NCBI GenBank assembly: GCA_035510795.1
Contig: DATKGL010000028.1
Span: forward strand, 12 to 64,011
From: Patescibacteria group bacterium
Lineage (GTDB): Bacteria; Patescibacteriota; Saccharimonadia; Saccharimonadales; UBA4665
DNA length: 64,000 nucleotides
Direction of reading: 5' to 3'
A program made the position numbers and the translations under genes. Below are positions 36,232 through 46,134 of the stretch, one piece after another (position 1 is the stretch's first letter; every line of letters starts with the position of its first letter). The notes under the pieces are model-generated. The model was not told the origin of the DNA. It did not search any database and saw nothing but the letters and a program-made list of their open reading frames with translations.

Positions 36232-36618
36232 TTAAGTCTTGGCCGCAATCTTCCTAGCGGTTCCGCCAACAGTTACTTTCTTTCCTCGCCTGGTACGGGC
36301 ATTTGTCTTGGTCCTCTGGCCGCGAGTCGGAAGATTAGCCTGGTGGCGTATCCCTCGATATGACTTTATATCCTTAAGGCGCTTAATATTCCCGGAAATT
36401 ATTCTCTGTAATTCTCCTTCGACGACGTAACTTTTATTGATCACTTCCTGGATTTGAGAAATTTCAGCGTCTGTGAGATTTTTGGTGCGAATTTCAGGAT
36501 TAACCTTTGCTGCTTTCAGAATATCTTGGCTGGTTTTTAAGCCAATTCCAAAAACATAAGCCAGCGAATACATTATCTGCTTATTATCTGGTATGGTTAC
36601 GCCTGAAATCCTCGCCAT
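36232..36618 (-). CDS. rpsM: 30S ribosomal protein S13
   Basis: MARISGVTIPDNKQIMYSLAYVFGIGLKTSQ...YRGIRHQANLPTRGQRTKTNARTRRG is canonical S13. Confidence 0.96.
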   Translation of the reverse strand: MARISGVTIPDNKQIMYSLAYVFGIGLKTSQDILKAAKVNPEIRTKNLTDAEISQIQEVINKSYVVEGELQRIISGNIKRLKDIKSYRGIRHQANLPTRGQRTKTNARTRRGKKVTVGGTARKIAAKT

Positions 36619-36625
36619 ATTCTAT

Positions 36626-36742
36626 CTAACCCTGCCTTTGCTTGTGCTTTGGCTTGAGTTTATTAATGATATAAACTCGTCCTTTACGGCGGACGATTAG
36701 ATCATCAGGGCTTATCTTTTTGACGCTTGCACGCACTTTCAT
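36626..36742 (-). CDS. rpmJ: 50S ribosomal protein L36 (Cys-less form)
   Basis: This is not in the ORF track because it is under 60 aa. The minus-strand ORF from ATG 36742 to TAG 36626 gives [48 protein letters not shown] lies upstream, and it occupies the canonical slot between infA and rpsM. Confidence 0.9.
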   Translation of the reverse strand: MKVRASVKKISPDDLIVRRKGRVYIINKLKPKHKQRQG

Positions 36743-36795
36743 GCGGATCACTGCTCCTCATTTATTGGTGTGACAATGACACACTGCTTAATTAA

Positions 36796-37017
36796 CTATG
36801 ACTTGCGATAGGTGATTCTTCCCTTTGTGAGATCATACGGGGTTAACTCAACCGTTACGCTGTCGCCTGGCACGATACGGATATAATGTTTGCGCATCTT
36901 ACCTGCAACGTGAGCTATAATTTGATGACCGTTTTCAAGTTCAACCTTAAACTGAGTTCCGGGAAGAGTTTCTTTCACCGTCCCTGTCAGTTCGATTACT
37001 TCTTTACTAGCTGCCAT
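36796..37017 (-). CDS. infA: translation initiation factor IF-1
   Basis: 73 aa. [64 protein letters not shown] is canonical IF-1. Confidence 0.96.
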   Translation of the reverse strand: MAASKEVIELTGTVKETLPGTQFKVELENGHQIIAHVAGKMRKHYIRIVPGDSVTVELTPYDLTKGRITYRKS

Positions 37018-37045
37018 AAATATAACGAATATTTATTGTATCAGT

Positions 37046-37071
37046 AAAACACTCCCTCTGTAAAGTGTTTT
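37046..37071 (-). promoter_or_regulatory. hairpin in the secY-infA spacer
   Basis: aaaacact (37046-37053) pairs with agtgtttt (37064-37071) around a 10-nt loop. Its function is unknown; it could be an RNA processing, stability or attenuation element. Confidence 0.3.
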
Positions 37072-37100
37072 CGGCAAGAATTATATCGTTCATGAAATTT

Positions 37101-38600
37101 TTAGTCTTTCTTCTTCCGCCGGTGCCAGAATTTTAGCCGGCTTATCTTGCTTGGAGGAGCCTCTTCCTTTATCTCTTCTCCAAAGAAATTAGGCTCGCTA
37201 TATTGGTCATAGGTAACCATCAAGGCCCTCGATTCGACGGCCCGCAGCGTCTCAAGACTAACAGATACCAATATTAGTACACTGGTTCCACCGATACTGA
37301 TATTGGCTTTAATGAAGATCTGGGCAATTATTGGCAATAGCGCCAGCGCGCCTAAGCTAATGGCGCCGAATAAGGTTACCCGGTTAACGATTTTGCTCAG
37401 ATATTTTTCGGTATGGCTGCCCGATCTGACGCCTTCGATAAATCCTCCCTGTTTTTGGAGATTTTCAGCAATTTCTTTGGCATTAAAGGTGACATTAGTA
37501 TAGAAAAACGTAAAAACGAACACTAATAGAAAGTAAACAACCGGATATATAGCGGCGTGCCAGCCCTCGGTGGAAAATGTTGTCGTGGTCGGCGACTGGA
37601 ACCAGGTTGTAAGATGGGTCCCAATTTTTTGCAGATACTGGCTTTTAGCTCCGCTCATCAATTGTCCGGCAAAACTGGGAACGCTCAAGAAGGCAACCGC
37701 GAAGATGATCGGAATAACTCCTGCCGTGATCAGTTTGACCGGCAAGACGGTCGTAACATCGCCATAGGCCCGATTACCTTGAATACGTTTAGCATAATTG
37801 ATCGTCAAACGCCGGGCGGCTTCATTAAGCTTGACTACCACCCACGTCAGACCGACCACAGCTACTGTAATAATGCATGCATAGACAATGTCCCTGGTGC
37901 TGAAGGGCATTTTTTGACCAAACAGCACTAGATGCTTGCCTGTGCCCGCAAGAGCCGTGTAGATGCTCTTAACGGTCCCAGGAAGGCGGCTAACAATGCC
38001 GACTGTAATAATAATCGATATGCCGTTACCGATACCCTGTTCGGTGATGAGCTCGCCCAACCACATCAGCAACATCGACCCGCCGGTTAGGGTTGCTATC
38101 ATCAATACCCATTGCAAGATAGAGGTGTTGGCTGTAATGTTGCCGATGCCGCCAATGCTCTGAGCAGCCTCTCTGATTAAATATATCGAACCGACGGACT
38201 GAATTATCGACAGGGGCAGAGTCAGAATACGAGTATACTGATTGATCTTCTTCTGGCCAAACTCGCCTTCTTTTTGCAGAGCCTCAAGCTTTGGTATAGC
38301 CTTGGTAAGCAGCTGCATGATAATTGAAGCGTTAATATATGGCCCAAGCCCGGCCAGCATGATTGAAAAATTAGCCAGTGCGCCACCGCTTAAGACATTA
38401 GCAAAGCTCAGGAACTGTGAGTTCGCTAACGTTTTTGAATTAAACAGGTTTGTCAGTATCTCTTTGAGTGTTTGCGGGTTAGACAACGGAACAGGAATGT
38501 GAGCCAGTATTCTAAAGACCAGCAATATGCCGAGTGCCGCCGCGATACGCTTTTGCATATCGTGGTTGCTTAGTGATCTCCAGATTACCTTCCAACTCAT
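37101..38600 (-). CDS. secY: preprotein translocase subunit SecY (C-terminal charged extension)
   Basis: 10-TM protein with LGILLVFRILAHIPVP, LGPYINASIIMQLL and GGTSVLILV motifs. 499 aa. Confidence 0.95.
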   Translation of the reverse strand: MSWKVIWRSLSNHDMQKRIAAALGILLVFRILAHIPVPLSNPQTLKEILTNLFNSKTLANSQFLSFANVLSGGALANFSIMLAGLGPYINASIIMQLLTKAIPKLEALQKEGEFGQKKINQYTRILTLPLSIIQSVGSIYLIREAAQSIGGIGNITANTSILQWVLMIATLTGGSMLLMWLGELITEQGIGNGISIIITVGIVSRLPGTVKSIYTALAGTGKHLVLFGQKMPFSTRDIVYACIITVAVVGLTWVVVKLNEAARRLTINYAKRIQGNRAYGDVTTVLPVKLITAGVIPIIFAVAFLSVPSFAGQLMSGAKSQYLQKIGTHLTTWFQSPTTTTFSTEGWHAAIYPVVYFLLVFVFTFFYTNVTFNAKEIAENLQKQGGFIEGVRSGSHTEKYLSKIVNRVTLFGAISLGALALLPIIAQIFIKANISIGGTSVLILVSVSLETLRAVESRALMVTYDQYSEPNFFGEEIKEEAPPSKISRLKFWHRRKKKD

Positions 38601-38652
38601 ATTACCCTCAAGCTCGTTCTAAATTATAAGTATATTTTTATATCCATTCTAG

Positions 38653-39159
38653 TTAAATAGAAGTTTTTACAGGCCTCTTGCCTTTTATATTGGCAGTCCG
38701 CTTTGAAGTCACTGGCCTTGGAAGTCGAGGCGTCGGTTCAAATATTCCGTCCTTTGACTGAATTTGCGCAATTGCGGCAGCACTGGCAGCCGGTAATTTG
38801 ACGTGCAATTTTTTGGTAAGTGACCCCTTTACTAGCAATTTCACTATAAGATGGGGGTTAGGAATAATGCCAGCCTCAGCCAGAACAGAAGTGTCGATTT
38901 CGTGTTTTTCAAGCTTCTCAAGCTGGCCCGTGTAGACGACCGTATTTTTGATGGCCGCCGAATGAAAGCCCTTCAATTTTGGTAAGCGCTGCATCAGCGG
39001 ATTCTGTCCGCCCTCAAAACCAGGTTTCTTGCTGGAGCCGGCCCGTGAATTTTGACCTTTGGTTCCACGGCCCGCTGTCTTGCCTTGTCCGCCGGCTATA
39101 CCACGCCCGACTCGTTTCGAGTTTTTATAAGATTGGAGATTAAGCATATTGTATTTCAT
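38653..39159 (-). CDS. rplO: 50S ribosomal protein L15
   Basis: SKRVGRGIAGGQGKTAGRGTKGQNSRAG...GFEGGQNPLMQRLPK is canonical L15. Confidence 0.94.
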   Translation of the reverse strand: MKYNMLNLQSYKNSKRVGRGIAGGQGKTAGRGTKGQNSRAGSSKKPGFEGGQNPLMQRLPKLKGFHSAAIKNTVVYTGQLEKLEKHEIDTSVLAEAGIIPNPHLIVKLLVKGSLTKKLHVKLPAASAAAIAQIQSKDGIFEPTPRLPRPVTSKRTANIKGKRPVKTSI

Positions 39160-39162
39160 AGT

Positions 39163-39738
39163 CTAGGCTTTGGTTTTCTCTTTATCAGCCTCGGCTTTTT
39201 TCGGCTTTGGCGGGTCAGGCTTTTCACTCGCCCTTGGATTATTTATCAGCCACTTATCTCTCGGGACTAGCTTCTCCAAGGCGGAAACCGTGGCATAGGC
39301 AGTATTAGACTGGTTGCTTGAGCCTAAAGATTTGCTCAGAACATCTTTAACCCCAGCAACCTCAAGCACGGTCCTAACAACTCCGCCGGCTATTAACCCA
39401 GTACCGGCGCTAGCCGGCATAATCAGAATTTTGGCTCCGGATACCTTGGCTGTAACTTCGTGGGGGATAGTTCCGTTGGCGACCGGGACTTTTATCAAAT
39501 GCTTCTTGGCGACGTCGGTTGCTTTAGTAACTGCCGCTGTGACATCAGCGCCCTTGGCGAGACCGATGCCGACTTGATTCTTGCGGTCACCGACAACTAC
39601 CAAAGCCCTAAAGCGGAAGCGGCGGCCGCCCCTCACGACACGAGCCACCCGATCGATATGAACTACTCGTTCGTCGAATTGTTTTTCTTCGCCCGGAAAA
39701 CCAGATTTTCTATTATTGGGTCTTGATTTTGAATCCAT
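39163..39738 (-). CDS. rpsE: 30S ribosomal protein S5 (terminal extensions)
   Basis: The core is ERVVHIDRVARVVRGGRRFRFRALVVVGDRKNQVGIGLAKG...G. It directly abuts rplO, so no rpmD (L30) lies between them. Confidence 0.95.
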   Translation of the reverse strand: MDSKSRPNNRKSGFPGEEKQFDERVVHIDRVARVVRGGRRFRFRALVVVGDRKNQVGIGLAKGADVTAAVTKATDVAKKHLIKVPVANGTIPHEVTAKVSGAKILIMPASAGTGLIAGGVVRTVLEVAGVKDVLSKSLGSSNQSNTAYATVSALEKLVPRDKWLINNPRASEKPDPPKPKKAEADKEKTKA

Positions 39739-40094
39739 TAAAACTCCAATCCGTTAGTTCGTGCATTATCAGCCAAAATTTTAATCCTACCGTGATATAA
39801 ATGGCTGCCTCGATCGAAGACAACACTGGATATCTTCGCGGCTTTAGCGGCCTTGGCGACTTCTGCCCCGACCCAAGCTGCTTTTTCGGTCATTTTCGCC
39901 GGCACTTCTTTTTTGCCGACTGTCGATACATAAACCAATGTCGACGCTGTTTCATCATTAATGAGCTGGCCGATAATGTGACGATTGCTGATATGAACGC
40001 TTAGTCTCGGCCTTTTCGCGGTGCCGCTGACTTTTGCCCTGACCCTGTTCCGGCGCAACTCGGCGTTTTTAATCTTATGCGTTAATCGATTCAT
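39738..40094 (-). CDS. rplR: 50S ribosomal protein L18
   Basis: RRNRVRAKVSGTAKRPRLSVHISNRHIIGQLIND...VFDRGSHLYHGRIKILADNARTNGLEF is canonical L18. Confidence 0.95.
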   Translation of the reverse strand: MNRLTHKIKNAELRRNRVRAKVSGTAKRPRLSVHISNRHIIGQLINDETASTLVYVSTVGKKEVPAKMTEKAAWVGAEVAKAAKAAKISSVVFDRGSHLYHGRIKILADNARTNGLEF

Positions 40095-40096
40095 GT

Positions 40097-40642
40097 CTAT
40101 GCCGCCTTCTCTTTACCGGACTTACCGCTTTTACGAACCACATGTTCGTCAATATATTTTATTCCTTTACCCTTATACGGTTCCGGTTTTCTCAGCGCCC
40201 TGATGCCCGCCGCCACCAGGCCAACTTGTTGTTTATCGATACCACTGACGGTAATCACATTCTGCTCAATAGTGGCCGTAATACCGGCTGGAATTTTATA
40301 GGTCACGTCATGCGAAAATCCCAGATTAAAGCGAAGATCAGACCCGGCTAAGGCAACTCTATAACCGACGCCGTTGAGCTCGAGTTTTTTGCTGAAGCCG
40401 CTGACAACTCCTGTGATCATGTTGTCGATCAAAGATCTCAGCAATCCGTGGTTAGAACGGTTAACGCGCTCGTCATTAGATCTAGACAATGTAATCTGCC
40501 CGTCTGCCTGTACCACTTTAATGCCGCTCAAACCAGACTGGCGCAATTCGCCTTTCGGCCCCCTTACCGTAATACCGTCACTGGCAATATCAACTGTGAC
40601 ATTTGGTGGTACTTTAATTGGTGATCGTCCGACTCTACTCAT
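40097..40642 (-). CDS. rplF: 50S ribosomal protein L6
   Basis: MSRVGRSPIKVPPNVTVDI...GPKGEL...PEPYKGKGIKY is canonical L6. Confidence 0.95.
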   Translation of the reverse strand: MSRVGRSPIKVPPNVTVDIASDGITVRGPKGELRQSGLSGIKVVQADGQITLSRSNDERVNRSNHGLLRSLIDNMITGVVSGFSKKLELNGVGYRVALAGSDLRFNLGFSHDVTYKIPAGITATIEQNVITVSGIDKQQVGLVAAGIRALRKPEPYKGKGIKYIDEHVVRKSGKSGKEKAA

Positions 40643-40650
40643 AAATCAAC

Positions 40651-41052
40651 CTAATAAACCTTACAGATCAGCTCGCCGCCAACACCAAGTTTTTTGGCTT
40701 GCTTACCCGTTATTACTCCCTTACTGGTAGAAACTATAACAATACCGCGTCCATTTTTAATCACTGGTATCTGTTTGGCGCCGGCATAACTTCTTCGGCC
40801 CGGTTTACTGATTCGGGTTATTTCAGTGATTCTGGCATTTTCATTTGGGTGATTGACTATGATGGTGATAGTTTTCCCGATTTTGTCTTGGCTGATTTTA
40901 ACATCATCAATATAACCGTTACTTTTCAGCAGTGCCGCCACGGCTTCTTTCGACTTGGAGTGAGGCAGAACGACTTCGTTGTGACGGACAGTAATAGCAT
41001 TTCGAATGCGGGTCAGCATATCGGCGATCGGATCTGTAGATATATAGCTCAT
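40651..41052 (-). CDS. rpsH: 30S ribosomal protein S8
   Basis: DPIADMLTRIRNA...ISKPGRRSY...GIVIVSTSKGVITGKQAKKLGVGGELICKVY is canonical S8. Confidence 0.96.
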   Translation of the reverse strand: MSYISTDPIADMLTRIRNAITVRHNEVVLPHSKSKEAVAALLKSNGYIDDVKISQDKIGKTITIIVNHPNENARITEITRISKPGRRSYAGAKQIPVIKNGRGIVIVSTSKGVITGKQAKKLGVGGELICKVY

Positions 41053-41065
41053 ATATTATTCTCCT

Positions 41066-41335
41066 TTACCAACTCGACTTAGTTACGCCGGGTATTTCAC
41101 CCTTGCTGGCATGCTCCCGAAAAGAAAGACGGCTCAGTCCGAATGTTCGCATATAGGATCGGGGACGAGAAGTTTCAGAACAGCGGTTTTTCCAGCGAGT
41201 CGGAGACGAGTTTCGGGGTAACTTTGCTAATCCTTCATAATCTCCATACGCTTTAAGCTCCGCTCTTTTTGCCGCGTACTGTTTTATCATTTTCTGTCGT
41301 TTCAAATCTCTAACTACTATTGATCGCTTAGCCAT
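41066..41335 (-). CDS. rpsN: 30S ribosomal protein S14 (non-zinc type)
   Basis: [24 protein letters not shown]...[41 protein letters not shown]. 89 aa with no CxxC pairs. Confidence 0.93.
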   Translation of the reverse strand: MAKRSIVVRDLKRQKMIKQYAAKRAELKAYGDYEGLAKLPRNSSPTRWKNRCSETSRPRSYMRTFGLSRLSFREHASKGEIPGVTKSSW

Positions 41336-41923
41336 TTATGCATTCTCCTTTTCAAATGGGACGCCTAATTTTTCTAACAGCTGTAGGGAGTGCCCAGGCT
41401 CCTGGCTTTTGATAACCAAAACAACTTGCATACCATGAGAAGGCGTAGTTTCCTCAAAACTGAGTTCTGGGAAAACTGATTGGTCGGTCAGGCCGATGCT
41501 GTAATTACCGCTTTTATCAAATGACTTACGGCTGAGGCCGTGAAAATCCCTCAGGCGAGGTAAGACCAGGTTTAACAGACGATCAAGAAACTCATACATC
41601 CGCTGCCCGTGGAGAGTAACTTTCAAACCTATCTTATTACCTTCACGCAGTTTGAAATTAGCAATCGACTTTTTGGAAATCGTATCGACTGGTTGTTGGC
41701 CGGTGATTTTTCTTAGAGTATTGGCAGCAGCTTCAATCATCCGCTTATCGTCTTTGGACCGGCCCAGGCCGATATTAAGAACAATTTTTTCAAGCTTCGG
41801 AACCTGATTAATATTGGATAGACCAAGCTCTGTTTTGAGTTCGGCAGCAAAAGTATTTTTATAGAGATCACCAAGACGGCTGGTAATGATGGTTTGAGTA
41901 GGTTGTTTGGTTGCTTGAGCCAT
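41336..41923 (-). CDS. rplE: 50S ribosomal protein L5
   Basis: NINQVPKLEKIVLNIGLG...AIANFKLREGNKIGLKVTLHGQRMYEFLDRL is canonical L5. Confidence 0.95.
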   Translation of the reverse strand: MAQATKQPTQTIITSRLGDLYKNTFAAELKTELGLSNINQVPKLEKIVLNIGLGRSKDDKRMIEAAANTLRKITGQQPVDTISKKSIANFKLREGNKIGLKVTLHGQRMYEFLDRLLNLVLPRLRDFHGLSRKSFDKSGNYSIGLTDQSVFPELSFEETTPSHGMQVVLVIKSQEPGHSLQLLEKLGVPFEKENA

Positions 41924-42252
41924 TATTTGATCTCCTTTCCGGTTAGCTTATAGTGTCTGACTTTCGTACCGTCGGCTTGAATTGAATATCCTATCTTAGA
42001 CGGTTTTTTTGATTCCGGCTCGACAATTCCGACTTTACCAACCGGCATCGGCTTAGTAAGCTCGACAATACCCCCCTGAGGATAGGTTTTATTCGGTTTT
42101 ATATGCTTCTTGACGATGTTGATACCATCGACAGTTACAGTATTGTCGCTTGGGTGTGTCGAGATAACCTTGCCGACTTGACCTTTGTATTTACCGGATC
42201 GGACAACGACTTTATCGCCTTTTTTGAGTCTTATTTTGAATAATTTACTCAT
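41923..42252 (-). CDS. rplX: 50S ribosomal protein L24
   Basis: The KOW motif IRLKKGDKVVVRSGKYKGQVGKV is present. 109 aa, in the canonical position. Confidence 0.94.
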   Translation of the reverse strand: MSKLFKIRLKKGDKVVVRSGKYKGQVGKVISTHPSDNTVTVDGINIVKKHIKPNKTYPQGGIVELTKPMPVGKVGIVEPESKKPSKIGYSIQADGTKVRHYKLTGKEIK

Positions 42253-42254
42253 CT

Positions 42255-42623
42255 TTATAGAACCTCTGGGGCTAAGCTAATAATTTTTGCATAACCCATT
42301 TCGCGAAGTTCGCGCGGAACGGGACCGAAAATCCGGGTAGCTCTGGGCAATTTATCGTCGCCAATAATGACTGCTGCATTGTCATCAAACTTAATGGTTG
42401 AGCCGTCTTTACGGCGAATGGTATTTTTAGTTCTGACCACGACCGCCCGGACAACTGATTTCTTTCGGACAGTTCCGTTCGGGTTGGCGTCCTTAACCGT
42501 CGCCACAATAACATCGCCAACACCGGCGTAGCGGCGTCGTGTACCGCCAAGAACTCTGATGCACAATATTTCTTTTGCGCCTGAGTTATCGCAGACATTT
42601 AGACGTGTTTCTTGCTGTATCAT
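42255..42623 (-). CDS. rplN: 50S ribosomal protein L14
   Basis: [27 protein letters not shown]...[12 protein letters not shown] is canonical L14. Confidence 0.97.
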   Translation of the reverse strand: MIQQETRLNVCDNSGAKEILCIRVLGGTRRRYAGVGDVIVATVKDANPNGTVRKKSVVRAVVVRTKNTIRRKDGSTIKFDDNAAVIIGDDKLPRATRIFGPVPRELREMGYAKIISLAPEVL

Positions 42624-42913
42624 TTAGCTTCCTCCGGCTGTGGCAGATCAATCACAGTATCCTCTTTTGTCAGCTTCGGGCGGGTAATAATCTGGCTGAG
42701 TATAAAACGTTTCTTGGCACTGATTGGACGGGTCTCGACAATTAAGACTCGATCGCCTTCTTTAGCTTCGTTTTTTTCGTCATGGGCCATGAATTTCTTA
42801 CTGTCAAGATATTGTTTATGATATATCGGATGCGTTTTACGGGTCTGGACGAGTACGACTATTGTCTTGTCGGCTTTAGCGGATGAAACCACGCCGGTAA
42901 ATTCTTTTGCCAT
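42620..42913 (-). CDS. rpsQ: 30S ribosomal protein S17
   Basis: [66 protein letters not shown] is canonical S17. Confidence 0.95.
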   Translation of the reverse strand: MAKEFTGVVSSAKADKTIVVLVQTRKTHPIYHKQYLDSKKFMAHDEKNEAKEGDRVLIVETRPISAKKRFILSQIITRPKLTKEDTVIDLPQPEEAK

Positions 42914-43113
42914 TACATTTTCTCCTTTAATAGCTGCTCGCTTAGAACGGTAAACATTCGCGCCAAATCTTTTCGTTTATTACGGATTAGGCGAACATTT
43001 TGGACTTCCCCTAAATAGACACGGCGCTTGAGCTCGGCAATTTCTTCTCTGAGTTTGGTGCTTTCTGTGGCCAGCTCGGTCGTTGATAGCTTACGGACTT
43101 CTACAATTTTCAT
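42913..43113 (-). CDS. rpmC: 50S ribosomal protein L29
   Basis: 66 aa. LSTTELATESTKLREEIAELKRRV...NVRLIRNKRKDLARMFTVL is the L29 pattern. Confidence 0.93.
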   Translation of the reverse strand: MKIVEVRKLSTTELATESTKLREEIAELKRRVYLGEVQNVRLIRNKRKDLARMFTVLSEQLLKEKM

Positions 43114-43526
43114 TACACGTCCTCCTTGATAAGGAAACGAGTCTTGATCGGCAGCTTATTGCCGGCCAGACGCATTGCCTCTCGTGCTATTGCTTCGCTG
43201 ACGCCCTGCATTTCAAACAAAATCGTACCCGGTTTAACTTTGGCGGCGAAATACTCCGGACTACCTTTGCCGCTGCCCATTTTTACATCAAGCGGCTTCT
43301 TGGTAACTGGCGTATGCGGAAATATCCGAATCCAAATTTTGCCACCGCGCTTGATATATCTGGTCATAGCCTGCCTGGCAGCTTCGATTTGGCGGGCGCT
43401 AATTCTGCCGTGGCCTTCGGCCTGAAGAGCATATTCTCCGAAAGCAATGTATTCGCCACGCGTGGCAACGCCGGTGATTCGGCCCTTTCGTACTTTGCGG
43501 TATTTAGTTCTTTTCGGCAGAAGCAT
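43113..43526 (-). CDS. rplP: 50S ribosomal protein L16
   Basis: [19 protein letters not shown]...[29 protein letters not shown] is canonical L16. Confidence 0.97.
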   Translation of the reverse strand: MLLPKRTKYRKVRKGRITGVATRGEYIAFGEYALQAEGHGRISARQIEAARQAMTRYIKRGGKIWIRIFPHTPVTKKPLDVKMGSGKGSPEYFAAKVKPGTILFEMQGVSEAIAREAMRLAGNKLPIKTRFLIKEDV

Positions 43527-43528
43527 TT

Positions 43529-44158
43529 CTAACTCACCTCTCCTTTACAAATCCAAACTTTAACGCCGACAATTCCGGCAGGTGTTTTGGCGGGAATATA
43601 GGCATAATCAATATCGGCTCGAATCGTATGCAGCGGCACACTGCCCTGAACTTCTTTTTCGCGACGTGACATCTCAGCGCCATTTAGCCGACCGGCGACT
43701 TGAATTCTGACGCCTTTAGCCCCTGCCCGCATTGTTGCGGCGGCGGATGATTTAACTGCTCGCCTGAATGACATTCGCCGTTCAAGCTGATGGGCGATGT
43801 TTTCGGCAACCAGTTTGGCGTACATTTCCGGCTTTTTAACTTCTTCGATATTAACTCTGGTCGGAGTCATATAAATCTTTTCAATGGCCTCTTTGAGCTC
43901 TTGCGCCCCGGTGCCGCCACGACCAATCACAACCCCGGCCTTAGCGGTGTGAATAGTAACCGAGACCAGATTCGGCGAACGTTCAATATCAACCTTATTT
44001 ATAGCTGCCCGGCTGCCCAGTTTCTCCTGAATCATGCGCCTAACCTCAAGATCATTATGCAAATACTTTGCATAATCACGCTTGTTGACATACCATTTGC
44101 TGCGCCAGTCTTTATTCACCTGAAGGCGCATCGAAATCGGATTTACTTTTTGACCCAT
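43529..44158 (-). CDS. rpsC: 30S ribosomal protein S3
   Basis: [12 protein letters not shown]...KH domain...[22 protein letters not shown] is canonical S3. Confidence 0.97.
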   Translation of the reverse strand: MGQKVNPISMRLQVNKDWRSKWYVNKRDYAKYLHNDLEVRRMIQEKLGSRAAINKVDIERSPNLVSVTIHTAKAGVVIGRGGTGAQELKEAIEKIYMTPTRVNIEEVKKPEMYAKLVAENIAHQLERRMSFRRAVKSSAAATMRAGAKGVRIQVAGRLNGAEMSRREKEVQGSVPLHTIRADIDYAYIPAKTPAGIVGVKVWICKGEVS

Positions 44159-44541
44159 TATTTTTTCTCCTTCGTCTGGGCTTTTACGGCCGGTTTTTTG
44201 GGCTTTCTTATCTCACCGTCAACAAGAACTCTAATATGAGATGATCGGTGTTGGTAGGGATGAGCCATGCCCCTGGCAACTGGGCGGAAAGCTTTGCGGC
44301 GAGGACCAGGCGTAATGCTGATTTCGGAAATATACAATGAATCGGGCAAATAATTATGGTTATAAGCGGCATTGGCCTTAGCGCTCTGAATTGTTTTACT
44401 GACAGCAATAGCCGCCCGCCGAGGAGTATGCTCCAAGATCGTAATAGCATCGGCTACAGTCCGGCCACGGACCAAGGCTGCGACCTCGCTGACTTTACGC
44501 GGACTAATCCTAACACCTTTGGCTATAGCTTTAACTGGCAC
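44158..44541 (-). CDS. rplV: 50S ribosomal protein L22
   Basis: [38 protein letters not shown]...[20 protein letters not shown] is canonical L22. Confidence 0.95.
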   Translation of the reverse strand: MPVKAIAKGVRISPRKVSEVAALVRGRTVADAITILEHTPRRAAIAVSKTIQSAKANAAYNHNYLPDSLYISEISITPGPRRKAFRPVARGMAHPYQHRSSHIRVLVDGEIRKPKKPAVKAQTKEKK

Positions 44542-44866
44542 GTTTTACTCCTTCACCGCCGCCGCCACCTTGCTGATAGCCGGAGGCGTTGCTCGCGGCA
44601 GCTTTGGCGAGTTTGCCGCCATGACCCCTAAATTTCCTGGTCGGCGAGAACTCACCTAATTTATGCCCAACCATGTTTTCAGTGATAAACACCGGAACAT
44701 GAACCTTACCGTTGTGAACTGCAAATGTGTGGCCAACAAAATCCGGTGATACAGTCGATGCCCGAGCCCAAGTTTTAATTATAGTTCGGTCGTCAGGCGC
44801 CAAGGCAGCAACCTTTTTGGCGAGCTTAAAATCGATGAATGGTCCTTTTTTTAGTGAACGGCTCAT
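44531..44866 (-). CDS. rpsS: 30S ribosomal protein S19 (Gly-rich C-terminal extension)
   Basis: [15 protein letters not shown]...[39 protein letters not shown] is canonical S19. Confidence 0.96.
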   Translation of the reverse strand: MSRSLKKGPFIDFKLAKKVAALAPDDRTIIKTWARASTVSPDFVGHTFAVHNGKVHVPVFITENMVGHKLGEFSPTRKFRGHGGKLAKAAASNASGYQQGGGGGEGVKRAS

Positions 44867-44868
44867 AT

Positions 44869-45723
44869 TTAACTCCTTTTAGCGGCGTGACGGCTCTTAA
44901 CGATATACTTAGTGGTACTCTTTCGGCGGCGGGTTTTGTAACCTAATGTCTTCTGGCCCCATGGTGTCTTTGGCGATGAACCGTGGTTCTTGCCGCCACC
45001 GATACCATGCTTGCCGCCGTCTCCACCTCCGTGCGGGTGATCGGATGCGCTCATCACAACTCCCCTTACGCTTGGTCTGATGCCTTTGTGCCGATTACGA
45101 CCAGCCTTACCAATTTTGACGTTCTGATGTTGTTCGTTACCGACAACGCCTAAACTAGCCTGGCAGTCAATCCGAACTAAACGGACTTCACCACTAGGTA
45201 GGCGGATTTGGGCATAATCACCCTCCTTGGCAACCAACTGAGCACTGTTTCCGGCGCTGCGAGCCAGCTGGCCACCTTTCCCCGGCGTCAGCTCAACGGA
45301 GTGAACCATACTGCCGACAGGAATATTTTTTAGCGGCAGGCGATTTCCGACTTCAATAGGAACTTCTTCATTACAGACAATAGATTGGCCCACTTTCATG
45401 CCGCCAGCGGCTAGCACATAGTGATAAGCACCGGCTTCGTCTATTAACCGTGCGATTCTAGCGGATCTGTTAGGATCATACTCAATTTGCTCGATTTTAG
45501 CTTTCATTCCAACAGGTAAATTGAAATCTACTAATCGGTAAAATCTTCGAGCGCCGCCACCGTGATGACGAACGGTGATACGACCCTGGTTATTGCGTCC
45601 GTTGTCACGATCCTTGACGACGATCAACGAACGGACAGGTTTCTTAGCTGTAACGGAACTGAAATCCTGAGTTGTCATTCCGCGTTGACCGGGAGTTGTT
45701 GGCTTGAGAGACCTGATAGCCAT
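44869..45723 (-). CDS. rplB: 50S ribosomal protein L2
   Basis: [15 protein letters not shown]...[16 protein letters not shown]...[19 protein letters not shown] is canonical L2. Confidence 0.97.
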   Translation of the reverse strand: MAIRSLKPTTPGQRGMTTQDFSSVTAKKPVRSLIVVKDRDNGRNNQGRITVRHHGGGARRFYRLVDFNLPVGMKAKIEQIEYDPNRSARIARLIDEAGAYHYVLAAGGMKVGQSIVCNEEVPIEVGNRLPLKNIPVGSMVHSVELTPGKGGQLARSAGNSAQLVAKEGDYAQIRLPSGEVRLVRIDCQASLGVVGNEQHQNVKIGKAGRNRHKGIRPSVRGVVMSASDHPHGGGDGGKHGIGGGKNHGSSPKTPWGQKTLGYKTRRRKSTTKYIVKSRHAAKRS

Positions 45724-45724
45724 A

Positions 45725-46132
45725 TTATTCCTCAGCCTTTCGCCTTAAGTGTTTGCGCGGTTTTTTCTCGGCTTTTTCGGCTTGTTTGGCTAGGGTTGCT
45801 TGAGTTTTTTCTTCCTGAGCAATTTCCTCTTCTACAGCTTGAAAGATCGGCAAAGACTGTCCCTTAGCCAGCAAAACATAAGCCCGCTTCTTGTCGGGTT
45901 CAACACCCTTGTGAAGTTTCCGCCCATTATTCCGAATTGTCCTTTTGGCTTTGCCCTGATGGTTCAATAAATTAACTTCTATGACTTTGACGTCAAACTG
46001 AGCTGCCACTGCGGCCGCCACTGTATTCTTGTTAGCTGAAACCGGTACGTCAAAAACATAAACACCCAACTTGCTCAGTGCGTAAGACTTTTCACTCATT
46101 TTCGGCCTGATAATCATGCTTTTGCTGTCCAT
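45725..46132 (-). CDS. rplW: 50S ribosomal protein L23 (C-terminal Lys/Glu-rich extension)
   Basis: IIRPKMSEKSYALSKLGVYVFDVPVSANKNTVAAAVAAQFDVKV is the L23 core. I prefer ATG 46132 (AGGAAA RBS, 2 nt after the rplD stop) over the track start at 46150. Confidence 0.9.
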   Translation of the reverse strand: MDSKSMIIRPKMSEKSYALSKLGVYVFDVPVSANKNTVAAAVAAQFDVKVIEVNLLNHQGKAKRTIRNNGRKLHKGVEPDKKRAYVLLAKGQSLPIFQAVEEEIAQEEKTQATLAKQAEKAEKKPRKHLRRKAEE

Positions 46133-46134
46133 AT

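Noticed and set aside
42272-42598. 108-aa same-strand alternative-frame ORF inside rplN, and an 80-aa one inside rplV (44208-44450)
   Set aside because: They are fully nested in highly conserved ribosomal protein genes. There is no RBS or slippery site, and the composition is unconvincing. Overprinting cannot be supported from sequence alone.
43083-44239. Two 149-aa plus-strand ORFs opposite rplP and rpsC, plus similar antisense ORFs opposite rplL (10712-11092), rplA (17217-17558), secY (37557-37931), rpsH/rplF (40374-41082) and fusA
   Set aside because: They are shadow ORFs on the antisense strand of ribosomal and core genes, with no independent support.
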